From Antedon mediterranea (lineage: Eukaryota > Animalia > Echinodermata), in assembly GCF_964355755.1 (NCBI RefSeq), contig NC_092671.1:9796001-9860000 (forward strand): 64,000 nucleotides of DNA. Reading direction: 5' to 3'. A model generated the notes under the pieces. It saw nothing but the letters and a program-made list of their open reading frames with translations. It was not told where the DNA came from and made no database searches. Of the stretch, positions 27,001 to 42,000 are shown piece after piece. Numbering within the stretch: the stretch's first letter is position 1; every line of letters begins with the position of its first letter. A program made the translations under genes and the position numbers.

Positions 27001-30000
27001 TACGCCTACCTTAGCTTTAATGGCGGGTGTCGCACCAGGCTTTCTGGAGCAACTGACGGCGTGGCTATGCGTCGATACACTAGACTACTCAGAGGCAGCA
27101 GAGAGGCAAGCAGAACAGTTGGCGTGAGCATAAAATATAACAGTGGGTGTTGTAGATAAATTGCTAAATAAATTTCTTCCATGACGGGTGTTAGCTAAAT
27201 TTAAAATAGTGCTTTTAAAAAGTCATGCATCATGTTAGTAAGCAAGCAAATCATAAAAATACTGAACCAATCCTGCCAGATATTACCAACAAAAATCATG
27301 CTTAAATTTGATCATTGTCAATATAAATAGAAATATCCAATTTAATGAAAAAAAAAATATCCAATTTGAATACTTTGTAACTGTTTTGTTTCTAATTTCT
27401 TTTTATTATATTTTTAAGCATATAAATATTGTTTTGACAAACATTGGATTAAGTCTGGCAAGATTGCTAACATCAAGACTTGTTAGTGCAATTGCTCTAA
27501 TTAAAAAGATAGCAAACAATAAAGCGAGTTAGACCAAAAATAAATGCTGACAATTTTTTTATACTAAATTTGAAATATTAAAGACGAATTGAAAGATTTT
27601 AAATTTATCCATTTATTCATCCTCTTTCAGAATTTTGTATCAAATTTGCTGAAAATTTTCTCTCAAGAGTACAGATCATATTCTGTTCTACCATAAAATG
27701 ATATTACACAGTATCAGTACATACATATGAGATTTAATGAGTGAGACAAGGCACTGAAGCGAATTACGCACAGATATTTCAAAGCGTGATGACAAATCCA
27801 GGCTCTGTTCTAATAGCCTTATCAACAGATATAATTTAAGGAAAAACAGCCATAAATTTGGTCTCTAAAAGTGTCTGTAAGCACTTAACTCATGACATTT
27901 TAAATTAGCTGATAGGTAGGCACTGCTACTATTATATCTTTTAAATATTTGTGTTAACGATTGCCAAGGGAATTAACTCCTGTTTCTGCTCCAGGTAATG
28001 TCTACATTTTTTAAGGTCAGCTTCTTCAAGTTATTATGTTAATTTTTGTTAGTAAAATTATATTAGTTTTCAAAAACTCACAAGCAAGCAAATTTCAAAT
28101 ACGTAAAATACATAAAATGACCATGGAACAAAAAATAATTATCAAAGATGATGAAAATGAAATAAAAGTTGCTCCGTAATCTGATAATTATACTTAGTAT
28201 GTATTATTACATTCTGTGATACAGTGTCACTTATGTATCACACATTCGCCTGTATCATAGGCCATAAGCTAAATATAACCATAACATATGCAAAAGGTGG
28301 CACATGTGATACATATGTGATACTGTATTACAGAATTTGCCTATGATACTGGACAAATGATGTCATATGTGGAGATACAGTACAGTGAATAAATGTACTG
28401 TAATGAATAGAAGATGATCAATAGAGTGTTGAATACGTATTCTTAGTGGATAATATTCCTATTGGTCAAAATGCCATAAAATTGTCGTCCATTGCCTATT
28501 ATGACGTCAACTTCCCATTATGCCGTCTACTTATTTAACTGCTCGCTAATTACATTTTTCATCCAAAATTATTTATGGCACACTTTGATTAAAAAATTAA
28601 ATATTTTCAAACTTTAAGAACATAACTGTATTGACAAAAATGGTGAAAGTGTTGACAATAAAAATAAATAAAAATAAAATGGTGAATATTAAGAATAATA
28701 ATAATAATGGTGAATAAGAATAATAATAATGTACAGTAGTAAGATATTCTGTGACACTAACACATAATGACAAAGATGACAAATAATAACACTCAATTAA
28801 TAACATTAAATTGTCAGTCATTACTAAGTATTAACATTAATAAAAAAAATATTAAAATTTAGAACAATTCCACAAACAAGTCTCTTATGTCAACCACACA
28901 GCAATTCCAGAGAGAATGGATGTTCATTTTTAGAATAAATGTTAATTTTTAGAATGAATATAATTTTATAGAATTGATATTAATTTGTACGGTAAATGGT
29001 TTCTAAAATGTACTTAATTTAATTTATTAATTTGTTAATTATTTTATTAATAATTCAGAAGAATGGATGAAGGATTATGAAAAAAAATATTACTTTTAAT
29101 GATAATGAAATTTGTTATTGGACAAGAGTGGTTAAATCTGTTTAGGCCTACTACTTGCTCCTGATTATGCCAAATAAATATTATCAATATTAATTGAAAA
29201 TCTTGACTAAATAACAATTTTGTATTATTTTAATAATAATAAAGATACACTCCAACTATTTTAATCTGAATTCTATAATTATCAATTAATCACCATGACT
29301 GCTCATTCTTTTCCATTTTTTTTGTGAAGATTTTCTATAAAAAATGATTTAGTGACTCAATTTATATATATATTTGAATACAAAATGGATCACAAGAATT
29401 GCTGTGGGTTGATGCTTTCATACTAACATGAGTAATATAATAAAAGTCTACAGGTTGCAGGTTAGGGAATTATAAGAAAAGCGCATACCGTGTCATTGTT
29501 AGATGTTTTAAAACAAAACAAACAGCAAGACTCTTTTCCGTCTGTCTCTAAATCCATGCAACGTTCATCCATAACCTCTTGGAAAGACATACTCGTTTCT
29601 AAACACATAACCGGCGGGAATTCATCGGCCTCACTGTCGGCACTTAGTGCCGGCGTTGCGCCATTCTGTTCGGTGTTCTGCTGCCCTCTGTTGTTAACAC
29701 TACCGACTAATCGCAAGCCTTCCATATCCATGCTTAACTCACCGACTGAGCCAGCATGGATTGTAGGAGGGCGGGTTTTACTAACCGCGGAGTGAAACGT
29801 GGTGTAGATGATGTTGGCGTCGTCAAGACCACTGATCTTCTTGAGGGCGGCGTAATTGCAATGGCAACAGTTGTCGTCGTCTAGCGTCACCGGTTTTTTC
29901 TGTTTCAGACATGGGAAACAACAGCAACAGCTGTGGATGTGACAAATCATAACAAACTTGTTATTATCAATAGGAAGTAACATAATCATAAAACAATTTT

Positions 30001-33000
30001 AATTAAAAGTATTCAATATAAGACTATAAAATTGTCAAGTGAAACATGATGATACGTTGTATTATGGTGTTGTATAATAATTACTACTGGTTGTCTATTT
30101 AATTTTGTCTACACTTTAAATTAAGATATTCTTTTCACATTGTACTCAATAGTGTATGTGATTAAACGCATATTTATTGTTAAATTCAGTCAACCCTCCC
30201 AATACCAGACTGGACTTTTCTTGAAGTCAAAACAGCACCAAATTCATTTTTACCGTTAAAAACACATTTTGAATACCGGACTTTCCAGAAAACTAGACAT
30301 ATTTGGCCAGCACAAAGGTGTCCGGTATTGGGAGAGTTGACTGTACTGAATTTATAAAAGTGTGTACACATAAAATATTTCAGAGTTCTGAACTAAACAC
30401 ATGTTACAACCAAATTTGAAATGAAAACACCAATCTGCCAGTAGAATATTATAATTTATGTGTGCTGTTAAAACATTTTCATTGAAATGTCCAAACTCAA
30501 ATGTTTACATTCCATGTATATTTAGAATCAAAACTAATAAAATCCATAATTTATATATTAATATTAATTATTTAAACATATATTATACATATTTTATGAA
30601 TCCGAAGACAAATTACTGGAAAACATAATGTAGGTTTTCAGTCATTCTTTGTCCTGAATTTGTTATTGCATTTACAAATTGATATTATTGGCTGTCGGAA
30701 TGATTGAAATACGGATTTATCTACAAATGTTTTAACTAATTTTTTTATAAATATTTCATGACATACCGACATCCTTGACACAACTGACAGAAACCAGTCG
30801 TCGGGTTCAGCAAGGCGTAGACGGGCCAGCCGTAAGCCGCTGTGGCGTATTTCATATAGTATTTGGCATCTGTAAATAATTGTTTTTCTTCCTATAAAAA
30901 TAATGTAGAAAACAAAAATAATATAGTAAAGAAAATACAATATATGAATGTAGTAATTTATACAATTACATATTTTATTGATCTGTTTGTTTACTGCATA
31001 TGAAGTTTAGTGTAGATTCTCATGTTTGGTTAGTATTTATTGGTGACCGAAAAAAAAATATTATAATTTTGTAAAATATTAACATACAGCATTTTCTAAA
31101 TCCAGGAAGCGTGTTTGCGGCATTATGGGAATTCCGGAAAGGAACTTCATAACGTGCCATCGTGGATTTGCAATAATTGCATTGCGCTTTCTTTTTTGCT
31201 CCTCACGAAGAAGCAATAAACCGGCAAATACATCCGATGGTACAATATCTAGGTCACGGAAGAACTCGGAAAATAACTCGGCTACTTCTGCAAATGCATT
31301 CTGAAAGAAAAATTATTATAATTTTTTTTTACAAAAGCATTATAAATCATTTGGTATGTTTTCCTGCCAATTAATTTAGATAGATTGCTATGTATTATGA
31401 TAGTAATTATTTTGGGTAAACCATAGAAGGTATACCTAATCACTTTAATATATAACAACAAAACTATTTAATTTAAATACCTCTTGTGTGTCCCGGACAC
31501 CGGCACAGCAACACAATAATCGACATCTATTGTTCCAGTTACGTTCATATAATTCTTGAGTTTTTCTATTGAGATAAAAGAAAACAAAAATATTTTATGT
31601 AACTGTATCACAATGTATTATTGTTTTATTGCTATATTAATCATTCTTTTTTAAAAGTTTTAATCAGTGTCTTTTAATAATCTATTAGTTTCGGTAGAAT
31701 CTCTAGTTCTGAAAAAAATGTCCTTTAATTGCAACCATTTACGTCATACTGCAAGCAATCGTCATTGCAATTATTAAATTAATACCAATAAGCATACAGT
31801 ACTTAGTACTTCTCTAATTGCAATAATATATTTCCACTAAAATGGTGAACACTCTTAATTGTAACTGTCCCCAGGGCCTTGGTGAAACATCGTATTTAAT
31901 TAATATGGCGACTTCTTATAATAATTGGCAACTTGTACATACTATTTTTCTTAACCATTGAAATTAACTCTAAGTCTGAACATTAAGGGGACACCTTTGC
32001 GCCACAACAAAATGTCACCTTAATAGGGATTGACTATACTGTAGTATTAAAATAGTTATTTTCTCATAACTTGTTTCATATTTAATAGAGGTTTCCCAAA
32101 AATTGTTGGTAAGGCAAAGGCTAACATTAAAGATGTATTGTCCCACTGAAAAAATAATTCTTTTGTTGAATATGCCAATTTAACGTCACCTAATAGTTAT
32201 TCAATTTGACAAAAAATTGGATGGCAAAAAATGTATTTACCTAATAAATTGTAATTTAAAGCAAAAAAATAGTCAAATTGGCTGCCAGCCAATGTGTTAT
32301 TGGTTGAATTCAACCCTTTATTTTGTCATTTTATAAGTGAAAACCATTTTTCTACAGAAGTGATTTACCTTTAAAAAATAATCTATTAAAAGTCTGATTT
32401 ATTAATCTTTATTTTGTATGTTTTGTTCAATACATCTTTATATAGATGCTGCAACTAGCAATTACTACTGGCAAGTGTTATAAGTTCAAACAGAAATTGT
32501 AGAATAATATTATATAGGAATCATGACATGCATTATAATATGAGGCATGCTGCACGTTATAATATTCATCATCTGATATGGATGACGACTGTCAGATGGC
32601 GAAGCGATAAAATTCAACTGAATTAACAAGTCATAAACTAGAAGGTAATAAAGGTCTAACCATTGATTGAAGATGCCAGAAAAGCGTCATAATATTCCTA
32701 TCATTCTCATTTTTTATATCAAATTACTTCATATAATTTTCAACTTACATTAACAATATATTTTCTTATGATACTAAACTAAGGTAACTAAACAATAAAC
32801 AAAATATTAAATTGAAAAAAATTTTATTTAGGAATTATCACAAACTTGTTAATTTATGATCTCCAATGATAATTTTCTCAATAAAGTTTATCAAAAAAGA
32901 TGAAGATTAATGTAATTTGAATGGCCATTGTGTAGTTTTTATATATATATAACTTTATTCACAATCTCAGATAATAGTAATACAAAGTACATGCAAAATT

Positions 33001-36000
33001 AATTGAGGTTGTGAACGGGGTTAAGCTGTAAGCTAATGCTTTAGATGCAAAGCCCCTTAAAACGAAAAAAAAACAAACAAACAAAATTGAAATTGATAAA
33101 TAATTAAATAAATAAATAAAAACAGTATAATGATAATAATAATTATTGAAGTTAATCACTTAACAAAAACATTTTTTTTTTAATGGTTCAGGGGGACAAT
33201 AAATCTTTAAGAAGTAAGATATGCTTAAATAATTAATAACAATGTACTCAGATGGTACTTAAATTGTTTATTACAGAATATTTTTTTTTTTCTCTGCGTG
33301 TGTTTACTGCGTCGGCCCTGTTTTTGTTTTGTTTTTGATACCATGAAATAAAAAAAAAAAAATAAATATTTTAAAAAAAGATACTAAATTATAATGTAAA
33401 CTGAAGCTTGAAATATACTGTACATGTATAGTGATGAAAATCATTCAGATCGCTCGATATGACTAAAACAGATATATTTTGTTTAACACATATCACCATG
33501 GATGTATCCAACAACATTGCATTAAAAGTCTTATTGAAAATGGTGCAAAGAGGAAGACCATGAATATATTGTATCTTCTAGACGAATACATCGCAAGGCC
33601 ACCCCCGCCTCTGTCACCATCATCAAAAAGAAGCAACGCCCATAGGAGTCATATGGCTCACCATGTAACTTTATAGTGACTAAAATCAATACATATTTCC
33701 ACATGAACACTCATCTTAATTTGTCACTTGAGCGTATCAAAATATTGCAGTTTGATTCCAAGTGAATGAATATGTAAACATATGAGACTAGAAAAATGAA
33801 TGAAAATCTTTTAATATCACATTCTAAAACATGCATCATTATTTAATATTGACAATATAACATTTATTTCTTTTAAAAATAAAAAAAAAATTGAAAATAT
33901 AAAAAATACTTAATATAGAGAAAAAAATAATCTAAAAAAAATATTTTATACCTATTAGCTAGTAGGCAAATTCTATCGAGACAGTTAGACCTGACAACAA
34001 TTTTAATTTTGTCCATTAGTGCTTACACTCACATTTCCCCTTTTTTGTATGACAAAAAGAATCCCCCCTTACCTATGTCACATCAATAATTTTAGTCACA
34101 CCAAACATACTGCACCCAGAAAACAAATAGAAAAGACTTACAATTAAGTTAATCATTCATATGGAATTTAACAACTATACCATCTTTTTTGTTCAACACA
34201 CTAGTGTAGGTCAACTATTTTTATAATTAGTAATCTAAATTTATGTGTTTGTTCCACTCAATACATCAAGTGAAAAGGTGAATCCTATAAAGATTTAAAA
34301 AGTTGCCTGTGTTCTTAATCAGAGACAAACCCCATGTAAAATCTGGACAATAGGATGAGAGCCAGTTATATTGTTTATGGTTAACAATAGGATGAAATAG
34401 TAGGTGGCCTACTATAATACAGCATGAAAGAGTGTCAGGAAAGTAGAGTATTATAGGATTATAGTTCAAGAGTTTAAAAAATAGGACAGCAAAGCTTACA
34501 TGTTAATGAGGGAGATTTTTAAATAAAATAATTAATATCCGGGATCATGTTTGACCCATTTACTTGTTTTAGGAAGGTGGCCTGACCTAATTCTCTACAG
34601 TATCTTAACATGGCATTATCTGTGCTGTATCATAGTCAAATTATATAAAATAACAGTGTCACATAGGTTAGGTTAAGCTATGGTACAGGTGTCACATATG
34701 ACACATGTATGTGAAACTACAGTATACAGAATTTGCCTATAATAATATTGGACAAATTATAGATACTGTACCCAGAATCGGCTAAGACCGGACACAATTT
34801 AAAATTATATAGACATTTGTAAAAAACTTATATTAATAATAATTTGATAAAGACAAGCCCTACAGTGTTGTTCAAAAAATCTAAAAAAATTAATGTTTTT
34901 CTTTGTAGTGTACAATAGGACATGACAAAATGGTAAATGTTTTTGAATAAATTAAATATACTTTTACCTCAATCGTATTTCCTGCTTCTGCAAACGACTT
35001 GACGTTCTGTGCCGCATGGTTTGTTTTTCACGGTTCTGAAGTTGTACAAAACTACGACCAGCTCGATCATAAACGCACCATATCGTAATGAGAATTATAA
35101 GCACAACTAATCCATTAAAAATCACAATACCTGAAAAACAAAAATAAACGTGTTGCTTTAAAAACAAAGTTAGAGATAAGATGACGTTTGGAAATACCAG
35201 CAATTATTGATCATCATAATGTATTATTGTGATTATCAAAATAATTCAGTGGAGTTTGAAGGCCTTGAATAATAATTATTTCTTTGTTCTTTGCAGGTAA
35301 TAATATTTTGATACGGAATGTATAATTTAAAAAATTAAAAACATAATATGTATCAGAATTAAAAGATGACTCGCCCACAACTGAATAATTGTACCTAGAC
35401 ATAAACTACTTACCTAGTGTACAGTAGAAAAAAAATTTCCTTAAAAATATTATTCAACTCTCAATAATTAAAATAAGGAATCCATGAAAAGCATATTAGG
35501 TAAAAACTGTTCAGAAATCATGTGTACGTGTAAGTGTGCACCGGTAAGTAAAACGGCTGACTGACTAACTACACAATAGTAAGCTAGCAGAGAATCCCTG
35601 ATCACTACATAGTACTGTATAATCAATTCTTATGTATCGGTATGCAATGACTGACTGACAACACAATATAAGAATCATTTTGATTATTCAGCTCACAGAC
35701 AATCATATGACAATACCCAAACTGTAGTGGGTTTATATGCATGGCTGGTATCAGAGATCCACCGCAAGAATAACAATTCTTTTTTTTTTTTTAAATCAAA
35801 GGATTTATTTATCCTCTCACTGATAACGTGTGGAGATGATTTTGAAAGTAACAATAGAAATATGAGAATTCATGGCTATACCAGTTCAATATTTCTAGGC
35901 TATTGTTTGTTTTTTTTAGGTGTTTATTTTAAATTTCTATCCTATTCAGTACAGTTTTTTTACAATATAATTTAACAATACTTATATTATTTACTGAAAC

Positions 36001-39000
36001 AATAGAAAAAAACCAATACGGTAGAATTTATATTAACGGGACAGGTTCAAGACACAAAATAAAGTGTCCTCTAAAATAGGGGTTCGAAACAGTATTAAAA
36101 CCTAATATTATGATCATTCATTTCACATGAAAGTACAGTAAATAGATTTCTAATGTATGTATTAGTATTACTGATGATTTGAATACATCCTTACTCTGGC
36201 TGTACAATTTGTTATAACTGTATTTAATCAAATTATTATTTTTTTTAATGCTACATTAGGTTTTTTTGCTCATTTGCCAAAATTCTGAAATAAACTGATT
36301 AGTTAAAGGATAAAACTCGATTCAATAACCTCAAGATCAATAGCCTGGTGATTCTACTTCTACACCACAGAGTTGGTGAAAATGCTAAATTCTATACAGT
36401 ACTTTATATTATTAACAACATTTCTATTGCTTACCTCAATGTCTCTTCCTCTATTATGACAAATTATAATAAACACGCATTACAATTGTATAACAATTAA
36501 ACATATGATTGTGATGGTCAACCCCAAAGGACTTACTCTTTATGACTCATATGGTGATACTGATGTCTAATTAGTCACACTTTGGTGTTTATGTCATCAA
36601 CAATGATTGATTGTATTGATAACACACCTATATTTTGTAGACATTAAAATGCAATAAGCTACAATATGGATTTCCTTTTAAATAACTTTAATAGATGTTA
36701 GTACACAGAGTTTAAATGTAAAAATATGTAGAATGAATGAGTTAAACAGTAGAATTCTACTGTAATTCAAAATAATGACTTTTAAACAATTAGCAACATA
36801 GCTTTTGCTTAAAGACCCCTTCCCTGCAATTTTGGACGTTTTTTGGAAAATAATACATATATATCACTTTAAAAACATTAAACCATGTCATTCCTTGTCC
36901 TAAATGTACGTTTTATGGTAAATTATGATAAAAAGTGAAAAACAATGCACTACCTAAGTAGCTCGCGGCGATCGACCTCTCGTGGACGGTCTTAGGCCTA
37001 GCCTAGCTAGGCTTAGTCTTGTAGGCCTAGCTGGTAAACATCGGTAACGTACGAACATCGTACGCTAGCTATATACCTAGCCTAGCCTAGTTGCTGCATT
37101 AATTGTCTTTCTATTTTTGCCAGACTCCGTTGATACAAATTGGAGAAAACCCGGTATTTTCGCTGAAAAGTTAGAAGTCTTCCATTTGTTTTGGCCTCAC
37201 GATCGATCGAAAAGTGGGCGAATTACAGGTGAAAAACAAAAATATCAATCCGCGTGCAATGCATTTTGGGATTTATAGCGGGCCGCTATAATTATTAGAA
37301 TCACCTTATTTTTCACATTTTTAACCGTTTAAAGACGAAAAAAGTTATCGCAATAGGACCATATAGTATTATTTTTACATTAAATATAGTTTGTGATCTT
37401 AAATTAGATCTAAAAAACGTAGGGAAGGGGGCTTTAATATAGCAGGAGAAGAAATGAGGAGAGAGGAGATTTGTAATCAATAGGTATGCCTATCTTTAAA
37501 CTGATTTTGAAATGGTGCGTGCATACAAATACTAAAGTAAATTTAAATAATTAGCTTTTGAGATAAAGTGCTACTAATAGAGAAAAGGAGGTAGAACAGA
37601 CAAAAATGAATGGAAAAGAAGGAAAGAAGAAGAGGAGAAAAAGAGACAGAGGGATGAAGATAATAATAATTAATAAACATGACATGGACATATTATTAAC
37701 TGACTGAGAAATAATAAAAATAATCCTAAGCACGAGAACAATCTTCAGCACCTACAGTATTTTAGTAAGGTCCATTGTAAAGTATTCCACTCTCGATCTT
37801 TGAACAATTTTATGCTAGACTTCCAAAATTTGATTATACAGTATTTAGTAACCACAACAATTTTAAAATTATAATAATGCCCACCTACCTTTAATTCTAA
37901 AATTTCCACAAAGCCACCGATTTGAAATTTTTCTTCTACAGTATTTCTACTGCCTTTTTAGCAGACAACGTTAATATTGTAGTTTTGCAAGAGGTAATAA
38001 AAGCAGACGACGCTTAGCTCACAACCTATGCATGATTAACTTACAATAACAGGCAGACATAGATTATGTAGAACGCCGTAAGGTTATACGTGCATCTCCT
38101 TAAAGATCGTCACAGATTTCAATTATGATTGCTTCAATGAGCTAAAACAACCAACAATAAAATGCTTGTTTAAAAAATATCGAGAAAATTATAAAGCATG
38201 GACAAAACATAGAGGCTATAATAATAAGTTTAAATAATAAATGCAAACATAGAGGGTGCTATTAAAAAACTTGTAGGTAAAAATCTGTAGGTAGAACAGA
38301 CGCATTGTATTGTTTTAAGAAGTGGCATTACATATTCACCTTTAGGTAACTAAAAAAGGGGTCTAGAATAATAGTATAAATTTACCATCTTGTGTAATCA
38401 AGATGTTTTTTATATCCAAAACATTTATCAGGAGTATTTGTACATTTGATTAGTTATCAATTTCATTTTCATAGCCAAATCAAGACAGCCTAAATACATA
38501 GAGGGCAGTATAACCATCTGTTACTACATCACATTGGTATTAAATCAGTCTTTAATTCATTTCAATACTGACATAATGATATTACACAATTAGCAAATTG
38601 GAATTTGATCTGCAAACATTAAATGTACCATGAATGTTTATGTTAAACATAGTAGTATGTTATTAATCTGTTATAGTATTGCAAGGTGTGGAAATTACAC
38701 ACTTAAGCATTAGTTTCTGGATAGAATAAGAAAATGCTGGGTTTTCATTTTTAAACAGGTGATCATTGAAAAAACACTATAGGCAAACTTTCAACTCCTT
38801 TTAACTTTAAATACTGTACCTATGTTGCTGTTAATAGCAGTCTTATCGCATTCAACTGAAACCCTGAACATGAAATTTGAATTGTTTAATTAACAGCAAA
38901 AATACCACAAATTCAAAATGAAAGGCGCATACAATTGGAGGAAGGAAAGGGATATCATTATAGCATGCACCAGACCGACAATACTGTACGTCAGCAATGC

Positions 39001-42000
39001 TTGTTGTTTTTAGGTGTTTTCAATACAAACCCTACAGGTAATTGTACCTGCACTTTACTATTGATGATTCAAAATAGCTGAAAATCAATGATTGTAATAA
39101 TGAAGCCTTTAATAAAGTAAACATCCACTTTACAAATACTATATCAGTCTTTACTTATTGATTAACATCTAGTGTAATAATTAGTGCCTAATAATAACAC
39201 ATTCTATTCTTGGCATTTGATTGGTTAATCAATTAATTATTATCTCTCATTTTAACGAGTGGGTGCGGTGGGGGAGGGGGACTATTGTACAGATTTCAGA
39301 ATTTTAAGCAACGACCTACAGTACTGTAGGCTTGTGAATAACGCACAGTTGTAAACCAACCTATTATCAGCGCGGCGACATTTTGAGCACATTTTTTTTA
39401 ATGGGTGTAGCCTTCGACAGTCAATTCAAGGTGGAAGATCAAATCACCAAACTGTACAGAATGTTGAACAAAAATGGTTTCGGTATTTTTCCTATTGTTC
39501 ATTTCATTGTGGTAATTTAGTATAATTTTGTAACTTTATTATTATTTTGACTACATAGCAATAACATTCACTAACCGGTAGCCTAAGCCATTACAAATTC
39601 CTGGCTTAGAATGTACATAAATTAGCCATCATTACTGTACTATACATCCATCTCTATTCAGCATATCAACCAAAATATTTAAATTAACACCATCTCATTT
39701 ATAATCCAAACTACTATAACAAACTACTTTGACAGTTGTAGTATTATGTTGTTGTTAGTCATCAAACGTTTTAATTGCTCTATTGCAAAGTAACTGTAAC
39801 TCACCCACTGTAATCACTATCTTACTAAAATGTTTATGGTTCTCAATATCCATAAAACTTAATCTGAACACTGTATTATTGTCCAAATTTAATTTACTTG
39901 GATTTTGTCAGAGTAGAGGCTTGTCAAGTAGTATGAATTGATTTATCACAGTAGTATTGATAGATACTAACTATTGAAAGTTGATTAGTAGAATAGTATT
40001 GCATGTAAACAATATGATCAAATTATGTTAATTTATTAGTTCTTTGTACAAACAGGCTCAGATAAATTTGTATTTTTTGTTAAACATGACTATTGTTCTT
40101 TAGAATGGCACTATTATTTTCTATCAGCACAGATGACCATGTTTGTCTAAAGGTAGTAGAGGTTGACAATATACTGTATGTCTATAGTTCCCCATACCGA
40201 TAAAACTTCAGAATTAACGAGTACGAAAGTCCTTGCTAATAGAAACAATAAGATGCACAGTGTACTTTGCTACAGAAGCATGCACAAACAACTGTTCTTA
40301 TAGAAAACATTAAATTACATGTATGCATTGGCCGTGCCAATAGCCTAATTCTTCTTAAGCTTTGTCTACACTATCAAACTTTATGGCAGTGATAGGCCAT
40401 ATATGGTATAGTAGTGATATGACGGCATCATGTTTTTGTCACATGAAGTTTGATAGTGTAGACAGTGGCTTTAGTGCAATGTTCGAATCGAAAATAAATA
40501 ATATTCTTCTTTTCATAATTGTTTCGCACTCCGTGGAAAAGGGCTACTGTCGTGTTTATCCAGGTAAGCAGGCACGTAAATGACTAATAGTTGGAAGTGC
40601 TAATATAAATCAATAATAATGATACAATGGAGGTATACCTCCTTTATCATACTCACCTAATACTGCATTTCCGAGTACATTTCTTTCACAGTCACTGGAA
40701 TTTTTATAGCACAAACTACCAACAATTATAAATCCTATTTGTAACATGAATAGAACTAAAAGAAGAAAAAAGAAAGCAAAGATTAAAAATCTTAACAAAA
40801 GCATAGTTTTTATTATAAAATTTTCTTTTTTCAATACCATACTGTGCAGCCATCATTCTGGTCTTACAGTAAGTTTTGCATTTTTGCAGGCAAGCTACAA
40901 ATTGCACTCCCAAGCAAATTCAGGAGTGTGTAAGGCATTTTAGGAGCCTGACTAAAGCGTATGATCGCTGCCAAAAACAAGGCATGATCATTGGTCAAAG
41001 TTTGGCGAGTGGGCTGCAACTGGCAGAAGACACAAGTTTGATATCTGCTTAGTAAATTGTTTGGAAGTGGTGTACAGGTATAATGACACAGTACTATACA
41101 TGCATGGTGCTAATAATTATACTTTTAATAAAAGAAACCTGGTATGAAGGTAGTATTTTATTAGATCATATATGACTTATGAAACTATGTAACAATAGCA
41201 TTGAATTTTATTCAACTGGTTTTGTTTTCCGTTTTAAATTATATTACAAATTACAATTAAGACACACGCAACCATAAATGCATTGTTCTTAAAAAATTTT
41301 AGACATTATTTTAATGTAATGTAATGTTATATTCCATTCTTCCTTTGTAGATATTTTTATACTAAATAAACTACTGTTTGTAATAAAATTATATGTTAAT
41401 TACCACAAGACTTTACATACTGTAGGATAAATTAGATTTGCTTTATGAAAGGTAAATACGAGTATTGCTACAGCACAATGGTAATTACACTTGATGGTCA
41501 ATTAGACATTTTTTTACAGATTATTCTTAGAAAATTGTATAAGAATACAAGTCAAAGGTGATGGTTTACAGAGATTCAAAGTATGATACTGTAAGTAAGT
41601 ATATATGATCTTGTCCTAACTACAACTTAGTATACATGACCTATATAAATGGCATGTATGTCAAATAATGATTAAAAAAACTGAAAATTAAAAATGTATG
41701 TTCAACAATGTGGGCTCACCTGTGTAACGACAAACAATATGCACGTGTTACAACCAATGTTTTACTTTCCAAGGAAGTTGGGGATGGGAAGCAACAAAGC
41801 AGTCAACGCTTTAAAAAAAATCATGTCCCACCATCACCACCGAACAAAATAATATATTCAAAATACTGTAGGTGATGCAAAGTATTATGATCAATCAACT
41901 CTGAATACTTATAGAGACTTGTTAGCTTTTAATTACATGGGTATATAGATCAAAAAGGACCGGCAGTTATTAAGCAGTTTAGAATTAGGCAATTCTTTAC

